Shown here: positions 55,382 to 63,746 of the stretch, in pieces
Numbering within the stretch: the first letter of the stretch is position 1
How the letters are laid out: each line of letters begins with the position of its first letter
Assembly (NCBI GenBank): GCA_964482715.1
Contig: CAYZYX010000002.1
Coordinates: 10,816-74,815, forward strand
Length of the DNA: 64,000 nt
Source: an uncultured Clostridia bacterium
GTDB lineage: Bacteria > Aerophobota > Aerophobia > Aerophobales > B3-G15
Reading direction: 5' to 3'
The notes under the pieces: model-generated
Database searches by the model: none
Told to the model about the DNA's origin: nothing
What the model saw: the letters and a program-made list of their open reading frames with translations, nothing else
Program-made: the position numbers and the translations under genes

Positions 55382-56085
55382 TTTTCACCCCCTACCAGCT
55401 CTTCTTGTTCTTCCTCTGTTTCCAGTGCCCAGAAGATGGTTTTTTTCCTTTTTGCAGGAGGCTGCATTAGGTTAAAATTACGAGGAGCATTAATTTTTCG
55501 CAAATTATCAACTTTTCCAATTTCTTTAAGTCTGTTGTATATTAAAACCCAGACACAGTCCTTTTCCGGGTCAACCTCACATTTTCCTTTATCCGACCCC
55601 CCGCAACCACCATTTATTAGATTTTTTGGACAGTTGGCGTAGGGACATATCCCTCCAGTAAGGTATAGTTTGCAATCGCCACATTGAAGACACCTCTCTT
55701 CACCAGTCCAGACTCCGGAGAAGCCTCCCATATAAATCGTGTTATCCGCAGGATAAACTGGCAGGTCAATCATACTTGCCACTGCCTGGACTCCGATTCC
55801 ACAAGAACTTACCAGAATTGCTTCCGATTTTTCCAGAGATAAAAGGTATCTTTTTAATTTTAAACCTATGAGGACTTTGTTGCAGGCAAAATCTACCACA
55901 AAAGATCCAGTTATTTCTTTTCCTGTCTCTTTTAATTTATTCTCCATCTCCTGGAGTCCATTAGTACCCCCGGTCTTACAGGCTTCTGAACAGCCACCAC
56001 AGGCAATAAGAAAGATTTTCTGGTGAGATTTCAGGTAACTTAGTATTTCGTCCCATGGTTTTCTCTCGGAAACTAACATTTTCAT
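55378..56085 (-). CDS. metV: MetV, the Fe-S/zinc-ribbon partner subunit of MetF (MTHFR C-terminal-domain-like protein)
   Basis: 235 aa, Cys-rich (ACGGCSEACKTGG, CLQCGDCKLYLTGGICPYANCPKNLINGGCGG), directly upstream of metF as in Moorella metVF. Confidence 0.75.
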   Translation of the reverse strand: MKMLVSERKPWDEILSYLKSHQKIFLIACGGCSEACKTGGTNGLQEMENKLKETGKEITGSFVVDFACNKVLIGLKLKRYLLSLEKSEAILVSSCGIGVQAVASMIDLPVYPADNTIYMGGFSGVWTGEERCLQCGDCKLYLTGGICPYANCPKNLINGGCGGSDKGKCEVDPEKDCVWVLIYNRLKEIGKVDNLRKINAPRNFNLMQPPAKRKKTIFWALETEEEQEELVGGEK

Positions 56086-56098
56086 CCTCCATCAAAAA

Positions 56099-57658
56099 TT
56101 AACTCACCCTGAACCTGGCCAATTCCTTCTTTTTAGGAGTTATGAGATGAACGGCACAGGCAAGACAGGGGTCAAATGAACGCACACACCTTACTACTTC
56201 AAATGGGTTAGAAGAATCCTTAACTTTTAGTCCCATGAGAGCTTTCTCCAGAGGTCCCGGCTGGTCAGAGTCGTCCCGTGGAGAAATATTCCAGGTTGAA
56301 GGAACTACCAGCTGGTAGCTATCTATCACTTTGTCATTTATTTTTATCCAGTGTCCAAGAGCTCCTCGAGGGGCCTCGGTAATTCCCATTCCTTCTGCCT
56401 GATCAGGTAGAGAATATGGAGTATAAACTGGCTCGTCTACCTTAAGCTGGAGGACCCATTCAGCCATATGGTCTGCCACTATCTTAGCATCAAGCGCCCT
56501 TGCTATGTGCCGTCCAAGAATTGAAAAGAGGAGGTCAATTTTGCCTCCTATCTGAGAAAGAACACTCTCCACTGACCTGGTTACTTTCTCATTTTTTCCG
56601 TAAAAACTAACCACTATCCTAGCCAGGGGGCCTACTTCACTGGGCATGCCCTTGTAGCGTGGAGCTTTTATCCAGGAATACCCGTTTTTCTTTTTTTCAT
56701 CGATTTCTGTTTTTTCTAAAGCGGGATGAAGGCCGGAATATTCCTGAGAGTACCAGCTATACTTAAGCTGTTCATTAATCTGGCTAATATCAAGAGGCTC
56801 ATAAGAAGAGTCTGCCGAAACGAATCCCTGTAAAAATAGCCTTTTTCTCTTTGTCTGATCTATCTCAGCCGAGTCAAGATTAAAAGCTCCATAAGAGAGA
56901 AAATTGTTGTGAGAAGCACCCATGTGCAGGTGATCCTGGTAAAATCTTGCCAAAGCTATTGTGTCAGGAAGATAACAGTTATCTATGAAATCTCTTATCT
57001 CATTTAATCTCCATAAAAAAGAAACTATCTTATCAGAGGTTGGTCTGCTGGTAACTCCTCCTGCAACCATTCCCACGTTGTGGGGCATTTTTCCTCCAAA
57101 GATGGCCGAAATCTCGTGAGCTTTCTTCCTTATTTCCAGGGCCTTCATGTAGTGGGCTGCCAATTTTTCATTTGTCTCTTTGTCCAGTCGGTAGTCTCCT
57201 TCGTAGCGAGGGAGAAAAGGGTAAAGTTCTCCTCTACTTAAAAATTTTTTAAGAGAGAGAAGATCAGGGTTTTCGCCTTCATAATTAGACAAACAAGAAA
57301 AATCAACAAAATCAAGCAAGGAGAGATGGTAAAAATGAAGAATATGAGACTGTAGAAAATTTGCACCTAGAATGAGGTTACGGATAATCCTGGCGTTGTC
57401 AGGTATGGATTTATCCACACCAAAGGCATTATCAAGAGCAAAAACAGAAGCAGTAGCATGTGCAATGGGGCACACTCCACAGACACGCTGGGTTATCTGA
57501 CTTGCATCCCGGGGATCCCTTCCTTTTAATATAATTTCCCAACCTCGAAAAAGAGTCCCGGCAACTCGAGCATCTTTAACCTCTCCTTTTTCAACCATAA
57601 CTTCAACCTTAAGATGGCCTTCTATCCTGGTGACGGGGTCTATGATGATTCTTTCCAT
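56099..57658 (-). CDS. [NiFe]-hydrogenase large subunit (cytoplasmic, uptake type)
   Basis: L1 motif RVCGVCPIAH and L2 motif DPCLACAVH, followed by a 15-aa C-terminal extension (LITPKKKELARFRVS). The extension implies endoproteolytic maturation. 519 aa. Confidence 0.9.
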   Translation of the reverse strand: MERIIIDPVTRIEGHLKVEVMVEKGEVKDARVAGTLFRGWEIILKGRDPRDASQITQRVCGVCPIAHATASVFALDNAFGVDKSIPDNARIIRNLILGANFLQSHILHFYHLSLLDFVDFSCLSNYEGENPDLLSLKKFLSRGELYPFLPRYEGDYRLDKETNEKLAAHYMKALEIRKKAHEISAIFGGKMPHNVGMVAGGVTSRPTSDKIVSFLWRLNEIRDFIDNCYLPDTIALARFYQDHLHMGASHNNFLSYGAFNLDSAEIDQTKRKRLFLQGFVSADSSYEPLDISQINEQLKYSWYSQEYSGLHPALEKTEIDEKKKNGYSWIKAPRYKGMPSEVGPLARIVVSFYGKNEKVTRSVESVLSQIGGKIDLLFSILGRHIARALDAKIVADHMAEWVLQLKVDEPVYTPYSLPDQAEGMGITEAPRGALGHWIKINDKVIDSYQLVVPSTWNISPRDDSDQPGPLEKALMGLKVKDSSNPFEVVRCVRSFDPCLACAVHLITPKKKELARFRVS

Positions 57659-57659
57659 C

Positions 57660-58532
57660 CTAATTCTCCTTTCTGGTTTTAACTTTTAGCTTTTGCCATT
57701 CGGATATCTTACGATAAAATGGCCCGGATATATCTGGAAAAAGTGGTTCTGTGCAGCCAAGACAAGGTGATCCTGCTCCGATAACCCAGTTTACTCCATC
57801 GTTCCAGTGACGAATGGGACAGTCAGAGTAAGTGAAAGGACCTTTACACCCAAGCTCATAAAGACAGCCTTCTTCCCCAAAATTTCGAGCGAATTTTCCC
57901 TCATCAAAGTATGGTCTTCGAGGACAGTTTTCGTGAATTAGCTGCCCATAGATGAACTTGGGCCGATGTAGCTCATCCAGTTTTTCAGGTGAAGGTAGCC
58001 CATGGAGTATTATATCACTGACAGTTGCCACAAACCAGTCAGGGTGTGGAGGACATCCAGGAACATTGATGTAGGGAGTGGATAAATTTTCTTCTTCAAT
58101 TATTTCTCCGGCAGATTTTGCTCCTGTAGGATTTGGCCTTGCTGCAGGAATCCCTCCAAAAGCTGCGCAGTTACCAATAGCGATAACTGCTGTAGCATTT
58201 TTAGCCAGATCTTTAAATTGTGAGTAAACTGTGATGGGTTTTTCGTTTTCCTCTCCAACGGTAGCAAATATGCCTCCCCTGGCGGTAGGAATTGCCCCTT
58301 CTATCACCAGCAGATAACCGGACTCTCTTTTTTTATCCAGCATTACTTCTATGGCTAAATCGCCACTTGCTGCCATTAAGGTGGGATGAAAAAGAAGGCT
58401 GATGTGTTGACCGGGTACTATTTCATCCAGTAGGAGATTTCTAATCGTAGGACTTGCACAGTTCATAAGAGAAACCGAACAACCGGTGCACCCTGCTCCT
58501 TGAATCCAGATAACAGGTTGTTCTTTTATCAT
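57660..58532 (-). CDS. [NiFe]-hydrogenase small subunit without Tat signal peptide (three-cluster type)
   Basis: Starts MIKEQPVIWIQGAGCTGCS (the proximal cluster) with no twin-arginine leader. Also has GNCAAFGG, PGCPP, and medial/distal cluster ligands (HENCP ... CLYELGC ... CP ... CLGCTEP). 290 aa. Confidence 0.85.
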   Translation of the reverse strand: MIKEQPVIWIQGAGCTGCSVSLMNCASPTIRNLLLDEIVPGQHISLLFHPTLMAASGDLAIEVMLDKKRESGYLLVIEGAIPTARGGIFATVGEENEKPITVYSQFKDLAKNATAVIAIGNCAAFGGIPAARPNPTGAKSAGEIIEEENLSTPYINVPGCPPHPDWFVATVSDIILHGLPSPEKLDELHRPKFIYGQLIHENCPRRPYFDEGKFARNFGEEGCLYELGCKGPFTYSDCPIRHWNDGVNWVIGAGSPCLGCTEPLFPDISGPFYRKISEWQKLKVKTRKEN

Positions 58533-58572
58533 TAATCACCTCCATATCCTGATGCAAAGTATTTAGACAAAA

Positions 58573-58602
58573 AATATACCAAAACCTTTGATGTATGTCA
58601 AA
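58573..58602 (-). promoter_or_regulatory. Sigma-70-type promoter of the hydS-hydL-metV-metF operon
   Basis: Minus strand carries TTGACA, an 18-nt spacer and TATATT, about 45 nt upstream of the hydS start. Confidence 0.4.
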
Positions 58603-58837
58603 TTTACTCAGGTACAGGTAAAAAGTGTTCCAATGTCAGTACTTCTTTCTTGAACAAAATGATATTTACAAGAAAAGGAGAATTTGAGAGAACTTTTAAG
58701 AATAGGAGGTAAAAAGGCAGGTTCCCTTCCCTGGTGACATCGAGAAAAAAGTTTCTATGTATGAGTCTGTGGATATATAAAGTACCTGAAAAAAATTACG
58801 TTAAAGATTGATAAATTAAATTTTTCTTTTTATCCCA

Positions 58838-59572
58838 TCATCGTAAGGATAAAGGCACCTCCAAGCCGTGTGATTCCATAAGTGATTTATTACTTAGAAC
58901 CCCTCTTGGGTCCCCATTGGTTACTATTTTACCCTCATCCAGAAGAATCACTCTTGAGCAAATTTCAACAATTAATTCCAGATCATGACCGGCAATTATC
59001 TTGGTTATACTCAGATTTTTGAGAAACTCGATTAATTCTCTTCTTCCTCTGGGGTCCAGGCTGATGGTGGGTTCATCCAGAATTAAAATTTCCGGTTCCA
59101 TTGACAAAACAGTAGCTATGGAAATTTTTTTCTTTTCCCCAAGGCTCAAATGATGAGAGCATCTATCTTCATAACCTTCCATTCCAACCTGCTCTAATGC
59201 TTTTTTTACCTTTTCTTTTACCTTTTCTTTGGGATAACCAAAGTTGCTTGGACCAAAACCTACATCATCAAACACGGTAGGCATAAATAACTGGTCATCT
59301 GGCTCCTGAAAAACTATGGCTACTTTCTGTCTTATTTTTACCAGGTTTTCATCCTTGACTTCCATTCCCAGAACTTCAACTGACCCCTTTGTACCCCTGA
59401 GGATCCCGTTTAAGTGAAGAAGAAGAGTGGACTTACCGGCACCATTAGGCCCTATCAAGCCAACACACTCATCCCTATGGATATCCAGGTTTATCCCTTT
59501 AAGGGCTTTTGTCCCGTCAGGATAAATGTATTCAAGCTCTCTAATTTTTATAGCCTTTTTCATTTTATCCAC
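58838..59572 (-). CDS. nikO: ECF/ABC transporter ATP-binding protein (CbiO/NikO)
   Basis: Walker A GPNGAGKST, ABC signature LSLGEKKK, Walker B ILILDEPT. 244 aa. Confidence 0.85.
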   Translation of the reverse strand: MDKMKKAIKIRELEYIYPDGTKALKGINLDIHRDECVGLIGPNGAGKSTLLLHLNGILRGTKGSVEVLGMEVKDENLVKIRQKVAIVFQEPDDQLFMPTVFDDVGFGPSNFGYPKEKVKEKVKKALEQVGMEGYEDRCSHHLSLGEKKKISIATVLSMEPEILILDEPTISLDPRGRRELIEFLKNLSITKIIAGHDLELIVEICSRVILLDEGKIVTNGDPRGVLSNKSLMESHGLEVPLSLR

Positions 59573-60321
59573 CAGGGAAAATTCAACATCAGAGCAAAAG
59601 CTATGACCAAAGATGTCTTAATAAGATCCCTCAGATTAAGGGTAAATTCATCCAGGACGTTTAATCTGCCATTATATCCTCGAGAAAACATAGCGTCTCT
59701 TATGCGCTCTGTTCTTTCAAAACTACGAACTAATAACATCCCCGCTATACTCCCGATAGTCTTGAGAGTAGAAAAATCTGTCCTTTTTACCCATCCCCGA
59801 GAATTAGCGGCTATACTTATTCTTTTTTCCTCGTCCATAAAGAGAAAAATATACCGGTAGGTGAACATAAGAAGTTGAACAAGCTTATCTGGAACCTTTA
59901 TTTTTTCAAGAGCCTTTAGACTCAAATTAAATTTAGTTGTTCCCATCATAGGAAATACAAGTAAGGCCGCACTTACCGCTCTCAAACTTATCAAAAGACC
60001 AAGGTTAACCCCTTCCCGGGATACGCTTAAAAACGCGAGTCGCAATAAAAGGTCACCAGGAACGGTCAGAAAGAGCGTAACAGAAAGGACCAGAGTAAAT
60101 AGTAAAACCCATCTTAGATGAAGGAAAACAAAAGAAAAGGGAATTCTGCAAAGAAAAATCAGAGCAATTGCCAGACAAAGTCCAAGGAGAGCTCTTTGGA
60201 AATCACGGACAAGAGCAACCGAGAAAATCAAGATAGAAATGGAGATTATTTTTACCCTTGGATCCCAGGAATGTATAGGTGATTTAAGATGGGCAAATTT
60301 ATCAATCTCGGGTAGATGCAT
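59560..60321 (-). CDS. nikQ: ECF transporter transmembrane (T) component (CbiQ/NikQ)
   Basis: 253 aa with 5-6 transmembrane helices, overlapping the ATPase gene. Confidence 0.7.
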   Translation of the reverse strand: MHLPEIDKFAHLKSPIHSWDPRVKIISISILIFSVALVRDFQRALLGLCLAIALIFLCRIPFSFVFLHLRWVLLFTLVLSVTLFLTVPGDLLLRLAFLSVSREGVNLGLLISLRAVSAALLVFPMMGTTKFNLSLKALEKIKVPDKLVQLLMFTYRYIFLFMDEEKRISIAANSRGWVKRTDFSTLKTIGSIAGMLLVRSFERTERIRDAMFSRGYNGRLNVLDEFTLNLRDLIKTSLVIAFALMLNFPWWIK

Positions 60322-60324
60322 TAT

Positions 60325-60945
60325 TTAACCTCTCTTTTTGTTTGCAAAATATAGAATGATTCCTGTGATGCCAAAAATGTAGCCAATCCCACCTATAATT
60401 TCTGTAAAGGATATCCGCTTTTGCTGCATCTTAGCAAGTTCTCGCATGATAGGTTTTAATTTTTCGTCAAGAGAGTTATCAATGAGTGTCTTGATTTGAT
60501 CTAAATCAACCTGTGTTGCTTGTGCAGTTTTAAATTCCTCATATCCTGACCTGTTTGAATTGACTGTTAACGGGACATCTGATAACTCGTCTTTTGAAAG
60601 AGTGTATGAAGCTTTATGGCCCATTGTTGCAATAAGGACTATTCTTAAATCATCTTTCTTGGGAAGCTTAAAGTTAAACTGGCCATCTTTATCGGTTTTA
60701 CCCTCCAGTAGTTTATTGTTCTGACTATCGTATACTTCAACAATTCCACCTTTTACCTTTTTTCCATCAGGAAAATAGCTTTCAGTATATACCGTATCAC
60801 CCTCTACATAAGCAAAGATATTTACCTTGTGGGCAAAAACGGGCAGAAATGTTACGGTTAAAAGTAGACTTAAAATAACCAATCCTGTTACCGGCTTACA
60901 TAGGTCAGGAACTTTCCTTTTTAAAGTAAAATTATTTCTTTTCAT
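60325..60945 (-). CDS. NikL-like bitopic component of a Ni/Co ECF transporter (periplasmic beta-sandwich domain plus C-terminal TM helix)
   Basis: 206 aa with an N-terminal TM or signal, a Lys-rich beta-rich middle region and a C-terminal TM helix. Encoded between the nikK-like and nikQ genes. Confidence 0.4.
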   Translation of the reverse strand: MKRNNFTLKRKVPDLCKPVTGLVILSLLLTVTFLPVFAHKVNIFAYVEGDTVYTESYFPDGKKVKGGIVEVYDSQNNKLLEGKTDKDGQFNFKLPKKDDLRIVLIATMGHKASYTLSKDELSDVPLTVNSNRSGYEEFKTAQATQVDLDQIKTLIDNSLDEKLKPIMRELAKMQQKRISFTEIIGGIGYIFGITGIILYFANKKRG

Positions 60946-61024
60946 TGTTTTCTCCCTGAACTAATATCCGGCATATTTTTTCTTTGCTGGCAGGCAGGTT
61001 TAAACCCGCCTGTTCTCTCATTGA

Positions 61025-61819
61025 TTATTCTATATCTCTTGTCCGCACCCAGAAAACAGCACCGATCTCCACAGGCTTTTCTTTTCCATCAGATCCCTTT
61101 ATTGTCCATGAAGCCTGGTTTAAAGCGGCAAATCCCCACCAGCCAGCCTTAGGCATAGCATAAGAAAATACCCCGTTTTTATCAGCTTTGATTACCTGGG
61201 TAATATATGGAGCGGACGGAGGTCTTATCCTGCCATCTTTATTGTAATACTCCACCTCAATTTCGGCATAGGGTACAGGTTTTCCTTTGACCTTTACAAT
61301 CCCCGTGAATAAATTACCTGTCCACAACCCATATGGTCTTGTCAGAGGTACAATCTCGGTCTCCAGACCTATTTCCTCATCCCACTCCTGTTCCAGACCC
61401 AGTGCATTTACACATACTTTAGTGTAATGAATTATAAAGCAATCCTCTGCCGGTTCCCAGTAAGGCCTGGGCTCAACGTAAAAGATGTAGTCACCGGGTC
61501 TTTTTATTTTATATGTAGCCTGCCAATAAGTAAAGTCTTTTTTTTGACCGGGTCCTCTTCCTTTTTTTGCCTTAAGGAGGTTAAGCAAATCTACATTCTT
61601 CCCGCCAAATCTTACCCCAAATTTCACTGGTTTTTCCATTTCCATGTAATGACCTTCCATGGGGTGACAGAACTTTACATCTAAGGTTACGGTTTTACTC
61701 TCCTCCTGAGTGATTATATCATCAGAAGGTATTATCATACCAAAGTGCGCGCAAACTTTTGCCCCTGACCACCAAAAAAAACAAACCATAACTGTTACTA
61801 CTATACTGATTTTTCTCAT
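61025..61819 (-). CDS. NikK-like periplasmic component (DUF4198-type) of a Ni/Co ECF transporter
   Basis: 264 aa with a signal peptide, His-rich N-terminal segment ([10 protein letters not shown] ... [12 protein letters not shown]) and an aromatic-rich beta domain. Directly downstream of nikM. Confidence 0.45.
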   Translation of the reverse strand: MRKISIVVTVMVCFFWWSGAKVCAHFGMIIPSDDIITQEESKTVTLDVKFCHPMEGHYMEMEKPVKFGVRFGGKNVDLLNLLKAKKGRGPGQKKDFTYWQATYKIKRPGDYIFYVEPRPYWEPAEDCFIIHYTKVCVNALGLEQEWDEEIGLETEIVPLTRPYGLWTGNLFTGIVKVKGKPVPYAEIEVEYYNKDGRIRPPSAPYITQVIKADKNGVFSYAMPKAGWWGFAALNQASWTIKGSDGKEKPVEIGAVFWVRTRDIE

Positions 61820-61866
61820 CTCACCCTCCTATTGAAGTACTCTGGTATGTAATTTCAACCTTGCAG

Positions 61867-62478
61867 TCACCTGCCTCCTTCTTGCCGCAGGACCTCTGGT
61901 TTCACCTTCATCAAAAACGAAACAATAAAACCAGTTACAATTCCCTCAACAATCATTATCGGTATATGGGTTATGACTGCATATTTTGCTACACCTATGA
62001 ATTCACTTCCAGTGGTTATAAGAACTGATGCCAGAATGGCTGATCCAAGTAGAACACCAGAAATACCGGCCAGAATCCCAAAGGTAAAATGATTAGCTTT
62101 AAAGTTAAATTTATCTCTCAGGTTAAACAATCTGTAGGCTAAAAGAGCTGGAACTCCCATTACAATGGCGTTAACCCCGATAGTCGTTATTCCACCGTGC
62201 TGAAATAAAATAGCCTGCAGGACCAAGCCTACAAAAATAGAAACGAAAGCTGCAGGTCCAAGGATAACTCCCACCAGACCATTCAGAATGAGATGTACAC
62301 TGGTGGGGCCAAGAGGAACATGAATTAGAGAGGCAACAAAAAAAGCAGAGGTTATGACTGCCACTCTGGGCATATTATCTGCTTTTATCTTCCTGATGGT
62401 TGCTGCTATAATTGCAAGGGCAGCAGCATAACCTCCAGCACAAACAGGAGCTGACAGAACACCATCCGAAATATGCAT
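61867..62478 (-). CDS. nikM: Ni/Co ECF transporter substrate-specific component (NikM/CbiM)
   Basis: Starts MHISDGVLS, the conserved metal-binding N-terminus of CbiM/NikM, with 6 transmembrane helices. 203 aa. Confidence 0.8.
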   Translation of the reverse strand: MHISDGVLSAPVCAGGYAAALAIIAATIRKIKADNMPRVAVITSAFFVASLIHVPLGPTSVHLILNGLVGVILGPAAFVSIFVGLVLQAILFQHGGITTIGVNAIVMGVPALLAYRLFNLRDKFNFKANHFTFGILAGISGVLLGSAILASVLITTGSEFIGVAKYAVITHIPIMIVEGIVTGFIVSFLMKVKPEVLRQEGGR

Positions 62479-62808
62479 AAAATCTTCTCTCTTGATATTA
62501 TGTTACTTTTTTTTAAAAGGTAACACAAAATCCAAAAATGTCAAGTTTAAAAATTCAATTTTCTCGAGAGTAAAGATTTACCTTATTCAGCCAGAATCGA
62601 TGGATCCAGCCTATGTGAAAAGACGCTATGGAGATAAATTATCTCTGTGGGGAAAGGTAAGCAGTTAAAAAATACGGTAAGTATCCAGTAAAGGCATTTT
62701 AAGAATTTGAGTAAAAATCATAATTTCAGGATCTTTTATTTAATCAGGTTTTTTCTTTTTTAGCTTGGATTTTTTGTTGTTAGTGCTTACCCTTAAATTT
62801 TTGGAAGA

Positions 62809-63240
62809 TTAATTAAATTTGGTTATCTGCACAGTTAAGTTTCTGCTTTTACCTCCATCAAGTTCAATATAAAGAATGGCCTGCCAGGTGCCCAAAAGAA
62901 GTCTTCCATTGCGAATAGGAATGGTTACCGACTGTCCGATAAAGGTATTTAGAATATGAGCATGAGCATTCTCCTCAGATTTTATCCCTTTATATTTTGC
63001 GTTATGTCTGTAGTCTCGCTCCAAAGGAACTAATCTTTTGTAAGTTTCCAATAGATCATCCCAAAGGTCATAGTCAGGCTCATTAACAGTTATAGCTGAT
63101 GTGACGTGTGGATTATAAATTAAAATACTACCCTCGTTTACCTTATTTTTATCCACAATGTATTGAACCTTATCGGTAATATCAACTATTTTAAGATACT
63201 CCTCCGTGCGTATCGGGATCTCATCCCACAAAACTTCCAT
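62809..63240 (-). CDS. YjbQ/UPF0047-family protein (secondary thiamine-phosphate synthase-like)
   Basis: 143 aa with conserved HVTSAITVNE ... HAHILNTFIGQS ... GTWQAI blocks. Confidence 0.65.
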   Translation of the reverse strand: MEVLWDEIPIRTEEYLKIVDITDKVQYIVDKNKVNEGSILIYNPHVTSAITVNEPDYDLWDDLLETYKRLVPLERDYRHNAKYKGIKSEENAHAHILNTFIGQSVTIPIRNGRLLLGTWQAILYIELDGGKSRNLTVQITKFN

Positions 63241-63406
63241 TTTTTCCTCCTCCTCATTTGGATTTTAGAAAATACTAACTCTATATCAATCAATACAACT
63301 TGTTTCTTATTCCTTCTTTAATCTCCCGGTAAATTTGCACTATCCCGCTTCGACAAAATTTCTCTTATCATAATAACTTACAATATTTGTTCGTCAACTT
63401 GAAAAC

Positions 63407-63435
63407 TTGCACATTCTTTAAATTGGTGGTATAAT
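63407..63435 (+). promoter_or_regulatory. Strong sigma-70 promoter with extended -10
   Basis: TTGCAC (63407..63412), a 17-nt spacer and TGGTATAAT (-10 TATAAT at 63430..63435). It points at the tRNA-like segment. Confidence 0.6.
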
Positions 63436-63453
63436 AACGCAGAAGGAGATCTT

Positions 63454-63497
63454 GCCGGAGTGGCGGAACTGATAGACGCGCTGGACTTAAAATCCAA
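63454..63497 (+). pseudogene. 5' fragment of a tRNA-Leu(UAA) gene: acceptor 5' strand, D-arm and anticodon arm only; no variable arm, T-arm or 3' acceptor
   Basis: GCCGGAGTGGCGGAACTGATAGACGCGCTGGACTTAAAATCC matches the canonical bacterial tRNA-Leu 5' half (GCCGxxGTGGCGGAA-TGGTAGACGC ... GGACTTAAAATCC, anticodon TAA). The D-loop lacks the conserved GG and the anticodon stem has a mispair. No GGTTCGA-type T-arm lies in the 500 nt downstream. Confidence 0.4.
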
Positions 63498-63746
63498 ATT
63501 AGCCCTTCTTAAGAAACTACTCCAGGAGCTCAAAAGCAAGATTCAGTAAGCCTTTTCAAGACTTTCATTCCTCACCAATTTGTATCAATTTGCCTCCTTT
63601 TGTACCTCCCATGGACACTATTTGGACACCTGAATTTGTGGATGACAGGGATCCGGATTATGCACCAATGTAGTGGCAGGCTTATTCCAAAGTGTGACAG
63701 GTTTGAAGGATCATTCACCAGGGAAAGGGAACAAGAGCAATTTGAT

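Noticed and set aside
56099-58532. Sensory (HupUV/HoxBC-type) H2-sensing hydrogenase regulating metVF
   Set aside because: Sensor large subunits end at the DPCxxCxxH histidine. This one has a 15-residue C-terminal extension, implying protease-dependent maturation of a catalytic enzyme. No histidine-kinase partner is nearby.
63454-63497. Group I intron inside the tRNA-Leu(UAA) anticodon loop (as in cyanobacteria)
   Set aside because: The anticodon loop CTTAAAA and most of its stem are contiguous and intact. No AAAATCC-plus-T-arm (GGTTCGAGTCC) 3' exon occurs in the remaining 500 nt of the window. Truncation or an integration scar is the better reading.
63458-63548. 29-codon GTG-initiated ORF (VAELIDALDLKSKLALLKKLLQELKSKIQ) with an AAGGAG upstream
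   Set aside because: It fully overlaps the tRNA-like segment and has a weak RBS spacing (11 nt). It has no distinguishing features, so I kept the tRNA-remnant interpretation and mention the ORF only in passing.
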